Shown here in pieces: positions 15,201 through 19,963 of a DNA stretch of 19,963 nucleotides (within the stretch, counting starts at the first letter, position 1; each line of letters begins with the position of its first letter). The position numbers and the translations under genes were made by a program. The DNA lies in assembly GCA_043718025.1 (NCBI GenBank), contig JAYSWN010000181.1:1-19963 (forward strand), in the 5' to 3' direction. The notes beneath the pieces were generated by a model. That model was not told the origin of the DNA, did no database searches, and worked only from the letters and a program-made list of their open reading frames with translations. The DNA comes from Pseudomonadota bacterium. GTDB taxonomy: Bacteria > Bdellovibrionota > FAC87 > UBA2466.

Positions 15201-16536
15201 TCCGCTGCTTCTCACCGAGTACCACCAACGCCAAATTGGGAAAGCGCTTTTTCAATCTGACTTAAAGAGTCGGGGAGCGATTTTTGACATCATTGGCCCT
15301 TTCCCCTTGAGCGCGACCGCGGAGGCCAACGACATCGCTGACTCTTGGTTCGACACCATTTCAAAGGAGAACTCGTTTCGCCAATTTAAAATAAATTGCC
15401 GTTCTGACGCCAGCCTATCAAGGCTTGGCAATGAGTTAAAAACTCTGCTCAACGGTACTGACTATGAAGTCTCAGAGCTTGAGCTAAGTTGTCACCAGGG
15501 ACAGGTCTATTTAAAAATCTTCCGCTACCGTCCGCCGGCGTACAAGTTTTGGGCATCAGAAAAATTAGAGTGGCACCCGGTGAACAATTTGGGTGAGCTT
15601 TCCGACGCCATTCTAGCGCATGGCCTTAAGTCAGAAAAAAACCTGCTTGAAGACCAAAAAATTCTCCAGGCGTTGTTGCCCAAGTCAAATCGGCCCGTGT
15701 TTTCAATGCCAAATAGCAACATCAAATGGCGGGCGGACACCTTCGTAGACGTTCAGAAATTTGAAGAATTTATCATGCCCTTTTCTATCGATGCGATGAC
15801 GCCAAATAATTACCCCGACGGGGTAAAGTTTATTTGCGACCACATCAACTTTACAGACTTTCGCAAAGAGTTCGGCCTCTTTTACGAAAGCACGTCGCCT
15901 GTCGACACCGACAACAATCATCGCTTCGGTTACAGTCAGGTGGCAGAAACTCTAGACGGCTCGCCGACCGCGGTAGGCGACTTAAAGTCTCAAGGCAATT
16001 CCATTCGCATGACTTCACTAGCCTACCGGTTTCGACCCGTCGATTTCCCCAATTTTAATCTGCGGGTGAAGATCGTCAAAGCGGTGGCCGGGGCCAATCC
16101 CGCCAAAGGAGGGAGCGGGCTCGACGACTCTTCGCTACAAATTTGGTACACCTTGAGAAATATTCGGGAGGTCAGCGATCGGAGAAATTTTAATCCCGAA
16201 GGAGAAATAAAGCTCTTTGGGTATTACTGGTCTGACCCCAACGAAAACGGTCAGAGCGCTGCGGCCGGAACCTTAATTGAGAACTACTACTCCAAGAAAA
16301 ATTATGTCGTTGCCACTTTGCCTGAAGCGCGACAGATCGCGTTTGGCGGCGGTAAGGATTCTGACGGCAAGTGGCTAGACGTGCGTCGCAATTTCGCCGC
16401 CGACGTAGGGTCAGCCTTCCCAAAACTGAACTTAAACGACTGGGAGGTCGTGGCCATCACTTTTCAAACCGACAGCAACGATACCAAGAGCTCATCGCAA
16501 GTTCGCTTTCGCGATTTAAACCACCTGCCAAACTAA
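12286..16536 (+). CDS. Large secreted multidomain protein: alkaline-phosphatase-superfamily (phosphodiesterase-like) + alpha/beta-hydrolase (lipase-like) + DUF3047-like C-terminus
   Basis: Signal-like N-terminus. First domain: ILAIDGLS, PYPSMSEPSW, VDAIAH, LVSDHG, THGG. Second: VFIPG, GYSKG, SIASPH, NDGIVP, GDHL. Third: DDSSLQIW, YYWS, WLDVRRNFAAD, ITFQTDSNDT. Confidence 0.8.
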   Translation: MPPNLWFALVLMFANGAAVLGQSPPTDLRRTLILAIDGLSYESFQVARERGLFARFKNSGKHIAPYPSMSEPSWTEIWGGKTLFPQKGNMKTLEATSFDLDRLEVNRDPRNLFLRFSTPYNFMRAFDSFFNPFLETLLYFPGDSMADKELEDLEKSVTDSFIGNHHIAYLSSVDAIAHTQPGKLYPFLEKLSHLIDRIAQSYILEKKPTEIFLVSDHGNVGAFLEGEPNEPYLTSVTLEKVAVAAGLRIRPHNLENANDIAIPLMALGNYAPVYFKDLNRRRAFAVAALKEPFVSMVTYAEGPEKNRSVVVLSSDGEARVIVSSRQNYVAYVPVTGNPLKLDAQFHSPSFKSIRWITNSDALAATADTFYPDSLYRIAMTAVHQVENEPDLIVNLSRGYCFDGDFSRFVRMVRTHGGLDGASSLGLVASDSSAVPAHARSGQLLSLFKLTPEQVFHQVEGLQHHSPMVALRALENTTKRGIDSQIDDASSEMVFYRIAKGISATMDVISARDLKDALAAMDSGEEGPESFGRRVKELSAALQRIDFPQALKHVDQISALREPLLNEKEAKGFVNTLRDGLAKIPGFAAVTDINLETGTADSKPNAQAADALRRVVMKAYSAPFLLNEWLDLPESRFVGDPRDLIFATNWATSLRHEIHSHPGQLLKDKPLGSTLFREIFKERSMFHKLWPAPTPLFYNPVTQSTTVVFIPGTYNELFDQEIFARGLRSLRETLGARAIYADVDGRCSTEINAKALLTFLKQDSQQRIARGYALPRYLIVGYSKGAVDATELLLLEKAFTRSQILGLVSIASPHLGTSILEKFDLPTKLVSDFVIRPLPRECETQTAAKSLLPNARAAFWTKNMNALIGLTRYFSITLESNVENAHPWMKVSKAMARFGTPNDGIVPALSSKFPEPLLALDLGTFTGDHLAGIAASNFPQAALLDSIVLTLWETNALAPQNLARWHEAVAKESPLLLTEYHQRQIGKALFQSDLKSRGAIFDIIGPFPLSATAEANDIADSWFDTISKENSFRQFKINCRSDASLSRLGNELKTLLNGTDYEVSELELSCHQGQVYLKIFRYRPPAYKFWASEKLEWHPVNNLGELSDAILAHGLKSEKNLLEDQKILQALLPKSNRPVFSMPNSNIKWRADTFVDVQKFEEFIMPFSIDAMTPNNYPDGVKFICDHINFTDFRKEFGLFYESTSPVDTDNNHRFGYSQVAETLDGSPTAVGDLKSQGNSIRMTSLAYRFRPVDFPNFNLRVKIVKAVAGANPAKGGSGLDDSSLQIWYTLRNIREVSDRRNFNPEGEIKLFGYYWSDPNENGQSAAAGTLIENYYSKKNYVVATLPEARQIAFGGGKDSDGKWLDVRRNFAADVGSAFPKLNLNDWEVVAITFQTDSNDTKSSSQVRFRDLNHLPN

Positions 16537-16542
16537 CCAGTC

Positions 16543-17214
16543 TTATCGCCACGAGTCGTGGTCCATGCGCTTATTATTTTTTCGTTTTTTCCACAAAGCC
16601 CGCGCCTCTTTCACCACGTAGGGGCCGAAGAAGGTCATGTACGGCAGCATAACGATGAGTAGAAATAGTTTGGTTTCCCATCCGCCCAATAGAAACTGAA
16701 TCAACAGCATGCCGCCCGCAAAAAGGGCTATCCATTTTGCTTTCACCGGAATGATGAAGAAGAGAAGAAACTCGAGATGGGGAAACAGGGTACCAAACGC
16801 CAAGGTTAGGTTTTCTACCACGTGGTACCAAATCGAAAGCGGTCGGCCGACCAAAAACGAAGCCCCAATTGCCGTCCAATAAGCGAAACCGGTGAAAATC
16901 GTGAGCGGCCCCGGCCCCCAATGGGCCTCGATCGCATTCATTACGAAGTAGATATACAAAACGTAAAATAGAAACCAAAGGGGATTAGAAATGCCATCGC
17001 CGGTGGGAAATGCCACCAAGCGCCACCACTCGCCTTGCATCACCAGTCCAGGATCAAAGATAAAACGTTCTAACGGCGCTCCCAAAAAATTAAGGCCAAA
17101 AAACCCGAGCACCGTCAGGCCACAAACAAACATACCAATGTTGGGTAACCCTAAAAAATCAAGTTTTCGCAAACCAGTACGCAGCCACTTGGGAAAACGT
17201 TCGTCCATGGTCAT
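16543..17214 (-). CDS. Conserved integral membrane protein, rhomboid/derlin-like
   Basis: VMQGEWWRLVAF (WR motif), AFGTLFP...LLFFIIPVKAKWIA and about 6 hydrophobic segments. Confidence 0.7.
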   Translation of the reverse strand: MTMDERFPKWLRTGLRKLDFLGLPNIGMFVCGLTVLGFFGLNFLGAPLERFIFDPGLVMQGEWWRLVAFPTGDGISNPLWFLFYVLYIYFVMNAIEAHWGPGPLTIFTGFAYWTAIGASFLVGRPLSIWYHVVENLTLAFGTLFPHLEFLLFFIIPVKAKWIALFAGGMLLIQFLLGGWETKLFLLIVMLPYMTFFGPYVVKEARALWKKRKNNKRMDHDSWR

Positions 17215-17231
17215 TCCTTAGAGTTGATGTC

Positions 17232-17813
17232 TTAGCTTTGGGAGGTCGACTGGCATTTTTTCAGAAAGTCCCGGTGCAAAGTAAGTTCTTCGGTTAATTC
17301 TGGGTGAAAGGTAGACAGTCGCGCAAGTCCTTCTTCAACAAAAACAGGTTCGCCCCGCCACATTCCCAAAACCGTGGCTCCAGAGCCGACGCGTTGAATC
17401 CGGGGGGCCCTTATAAAATAGGCCTCGATCTTTTTACCGTTCGTGCACTCGACTTCACCGATAAAGCTATTGAGTTGGCGGCCGAAGCCATTTCTCTCGA
17501 TGGTAACGTCAACGGCACAAAGAGAGTCTTGCTGGGGATGACTCACCTGTTTGGCCAGTAAAATAGCGCCGGCACAAACGCCCCAGCTGGGTTTCACTTT
17601 CACAAAGGCTTTCAACGCGTCCCACAGCCCATTTTGCTTGGCGAGGTGGATCATCGTGGTGCTTTCACCGCCGGGCAAAATCAGAGCGTCACAAAGTTGA
17701 AGATCAGCAACGTTGCGCACTGCACGGGTTTCACAGTCCAATGCGCTTAGCTTGCTTAGATGGGGCTCTACTGCCCCTTGAAGCGACAGCACACCGATGC
17801 GAATTTTGGGCAC
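17232..17813 (-). CDS. pdxT: PLP synthase glutaminase subunit
   Basis: GVLSLQG, LILPGGESTT, GVCAGAILLA, RNGFGRQLNSF, FIRAP and FHPELT. Confidence 0.96.
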   Translation of the reverse strand: MPKIRIGVLSLQGAVEPHLSKLSALDCETRAVRNVADLQLCDALILPGGESTTMIHLAKQNGLWDALKAFVKVKPSWGVCAGAILLAKQVSHPQQDSLCAVDVTIERNGFGRQLNSFIGEVECTNGKKIEAYFIRAPRIQRVGSGATVLGMWRGEPVFVEEGLARLSTFHPELTEELTLHRDFLKKCQSTSQS

Positions 17814-17827
17814 TTTGGGGAAACCCT

Positions 17828-18703
17828 TTACCAGCCGCGCTCTTGAAGTCGCTCTTCAGGACGTAATTGGTGAATATCCAGTCCGCGCATCGGCGTGCCA
17901 AGCCCTTTGGAGACTTCGGCCAATACTTTAGCGTCTTGGTAATGAGTGACGGCCTGAACCACGGCGTGCGCCAATTTTTCAGGACTGCTTGATTTGAAGA
18001 TACCCGATCCTACAAAAACCGATTCGGCCCCAAGCCACATACAAAGTGCGGCATCGGCTGGCGACGCCACGCCGCCCGCGGCGAAGTTAGGCACCGGAAG
18101 TTTTCCGGTCTTGGCTACCAACTGGACTAACGCTAGTGGAGCCCCCAGCTCTTTCGCTTCGTTGACCATCTCTTCTGGCCCCATCGTCGTTAAACGGCGC
18201 ATCTGCGAGCGAATAGTGCGCAAATGGCGAACCGCTTCCACAATATTTCCGGAGCCGGCTTCTCCCTTAGTGCGGATCATTGCGGCACCTTCACCAATGC
18301 GGCGAAGGGCTTCCCCTAAGTTGCGGGCTCCGCAAACAAAGGGCACTTTAAACTGAAATTTATCGATGTGAAATTGTTCGTCGGCGGGCGTTAGCACTTC
18401 GCTCTCATCAACGTAATCAACGCCAAGTTCTTGCAGGATGATAGCTTCGGCAAAGTGGCCGATGCGGGCCTTAGCCATTACCGGAATGCTCACCGTGGCC
18501 ATGATCTCTTCGATTATGCCAATGTCGGCCATGCGGGCCACCCCGCCTTCTTTGCGAATATCGGACGGAACGCGCTCGAGGGCCATCACCGCTACCGCGC
18601 CAGCTTTTTCCGCGATCTTGGCTTGCTCGGCGTTCACCACATCCATGATGACCCCGCCTTTGAGCATTTCTGCCAGACCGGTTTTCAGCTTCATTTCCGA
18701 CAT
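17828..18703 (-). CDS. pdxS: PLP synthase lyase subunit
   Basis: [39 protein letters not shown] and QERGW. AAGGAG ribosome-binding site. Confidence 0.98.
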   Translation of the reverse strand: MSEMKLKTGLAEMLKGGVIMDVVNAEQAKIAEKAGAVAVMALERVPSDIRKEGGVARMADIGIIEEIMATVSIPVMAKARIGHFAEAIILQELGVDYVDESEVLTPADEQFHIDKFQFKVPFVCGARNLGEALRRIGEGAAMIRTKGEAGSGNIVEAVRHLRTIRSQMRRLTTMGPEEMVNEAKELGAPLALVQLVAKTGKLPVPNFAAGGVASPADAALCMWLGAESVFVGSGIFKSSSPEKLAHAVVQAVTHYQDAKVLAEVSKGLGTPMRGLDIHQLRPEERLQERGW

Positions 18704-18770
18704 GAAAAACTCCTTAAGAAGGCCGTTGAAGACGCGTGTTTTAACGTACCTTCAAAATTTGCACAATACT

Positions 18771-18797
18771 CTGTCGGTCGATTATTAAAAGTCTTTA
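18771..18797 (-). promoter_or_regulatory. Putative sigma-28 (FliA)-type promoter upstream of pdxS
   Basis: Minus strand reads TAAA-N15-ACCGACAG versus consensus TAAA-N15-GCCGATAA. Spacing is exact and the CCGA core is intact. Confidence 0.45.
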
Positions 18798-18863
18798 TTT
18801 ACAAACAGTTAAGCACCAAAAAACTTAGCCCGGAAACTACTGCCGCTAATGAATCAGCGGTTC

Positions 18864-18892
18864 TTGCCATGCCCCCCTACTTCCCTTAGAGT
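18864..18892 (+). promoter_or_regulatory. Putative sigma70 promoter of pyrBC
   Basis: TTGCCA (18864-18869)-N17-TAGAGT (18887-18892), 9 nt before the GTG. Confidence 0.6.
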
Positions 18893-18901
18893 CCGAGCAC
18901 C

Positions 18902-19882
18902 GTGGACAACTCTCAGACTCCAGCCAATGTACTCGGCATAAAATCCTTACTAGGCACCGAAAACCTGTCGCTCTCCCAGATCAGAACCATTCTTGATTGC
19001 GCCTTCTTTTTTAAAGAGGCGCAGCTGGCCAAAAGGGCTTTGCCCAAGTCACCATTGGCCGACAAGATGGTGAGCCTGCTGTTTTTTGAGCCCAGCACCC
19101 GAACCCGCGGCTCGTTCGAGTTGGCGGCCAAACGCCTAGGGGCAAGCACCATCGTCATGACGCAAGATGGCTCCTCCACCAAAAAGGGCGAAACGCTATT
19201 CGACACGGCCAAAACCATTCAGGCCATGGACCCTCACGTTTTAGTTCTCCGGCACGCGTCGGCGGGCTCGCCGCACAACCTTGACCGCATTTTAGCCACC
19301 TCGGTAATCAACGCCGGGGATGGATTCCACGAGCATCCGACGCAAGCGTTGCTAGACCTAATGACGATTGAAGAATTTCGCGGAAACATCTCGGGCCTCA
19401 AAGTGCTCATCGTCGGCGATATTGCCCACAGCCGCGTGGCTCGCTCCAATATTTATGCATTAAAGACAATGGGCGCGACCGTATCGGTTTGCGGACCGCG
19501 CACCTTGCTACCACCTAAAGTCGAAAAGTTGGGCGTTTCCGTTTTTGACCGCCTGGAAAAAGCACTCGAAGGCCAAGACGTTGTAATGCTACTGCGCATT
19601 CAGACGGAGCGATTAACGCCGGGGCAAATTCCTTCTCAGGGCGAGTACACCAAATTTTACGGCGTGTCGGCGGACAAGCTAAAAAAATACGCCAAGCCCG
19701 ACGTTCTGATTATGCACCCGGGGCCAATCAACCGGGGCGTTGAACTGACGCCCGAAGTGGCCGATGGCCCTCACTCGGTGATTTTGAATCAGGTGGCCAA
19801 CGGGGTTTTGATTCGGATGGCCGTCCTTCACCTTTTGGCGGGTGGCGACGCCCACAAGCCCCTGGCCAGAGGTGGAAAATGA
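18902..19882 (+). CDS. pyrB: Aspartate carbamoyltransferase catalytic subunit
   Basis: FFEPSTRTRGSF, KGETL, NAGDGFHEHPTQALLD, GDIAHSRVARS, RIQTER and MHPGPINRG. Confidence 0.98.
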   Translation: MDNSQTPANVLGIKSLLGTENLSLSQIRTILDCAFFFKEAQLAKRALPKSPLADKMVSLLFFEPSTRTRGSFELAAKRLGASTIVMTQDGSSTKKGETLFDTAKTIQAMDPHVLVLRHASAGSPHNLDRILATSVINAGDGFHEHPTQALLDLMTIEEFRGNISGLKVLIVGDIAHSRVARSNIYALKTMGATVSVCGPRTLLPPKVEKLGVSVFDRLEKALEGQDVVMLLRIQTERLTPGQIPSQGEYTKFYGVSADKLKKYAKPDVLIMHPGPINRGVELTPEVADGPHSVILNQVANGVLIRMAVLHLLAGGDAHKPLARGGK

Positions 19883-19963
19883 GCGAAAGAATTTTGATCA
19901 AGGGCGGACGGCTATTCGACCCCGGCCATCATTTAGATGAAGTGGGCGATCTATTGATTGAAA
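19879..19963 (+). CDS. pyrC: Dihydroorotase N-terminus (partial, runs off window; not in ORF track)
   Basis: ATGA overlap with the pyrB stop. Translates as MSERILIKGGRLFDPGHHLDEVGDLLIE, a typical type I PyrC start. Confidence 0.85.
   Translation, partial: MSERILIKGGRLFDPGHHLDEVGDLLIE

Noticed and set aside
18788..18812. IHF-like AT-rich site between pdxS and pyrB
   Set aside because: Two mismatches to WATCAAnnnnTTR in AT-rich DNA; too weak to call.
17994..18889. Plus-strand ORFs opposite pdxS
   Set aside because: Antisense shadows of a highly conserved gene.
1..19963. Mobile elements, CRISPR arrays, tRNA/rRNA and defence systems
   Set aside because: No transposase or integrase, no repeat-spacer array and no RNA-gene signature. 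Intergenic spaces are all under about 200 bp.

Overview
Ordinary-looking chromosomal DNA (about 50% GC by eye). No mobile element, CRISPR array, rRNA or tRNA is visible. Gene style suggests a Bdellovibrionota/deltaproteobacteria-like organism (inference only). The left part is an iron/heme hub. It runs hemL (3' end), sensor kinase, OmpR-type regulator and hemE, with ATGA overlaps, the same order as the Leptospira HemKR locus. Next come a perfect 25-bp Fur-box palindrome, a small CxCxxxH protein, a long hairpin, fur and a convergent hemF. The middle holds a degenerate polysaccharide-deacetylase-like gene, a very basic 90-aa tandem-repeat protein with its own terminator, P5C dehydrogenase, a lipoprotein metallopeptidase, an LCM-type methyltransferase, rpoH and dedA. 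The right part holds a 1416-aa secreted three-domain protein (phosphodiesterase-like + lipase-like + DUF3047-like), a rhomboid-like membrane protein, pdxT/pdxS, pyrB and the start of pyrC. The best novelty candidates are the HemKR-like/Fur heme-control module, the three-domain hydrolase and the basic repeat protein. All family calls come from motif recognition; no searches were run.
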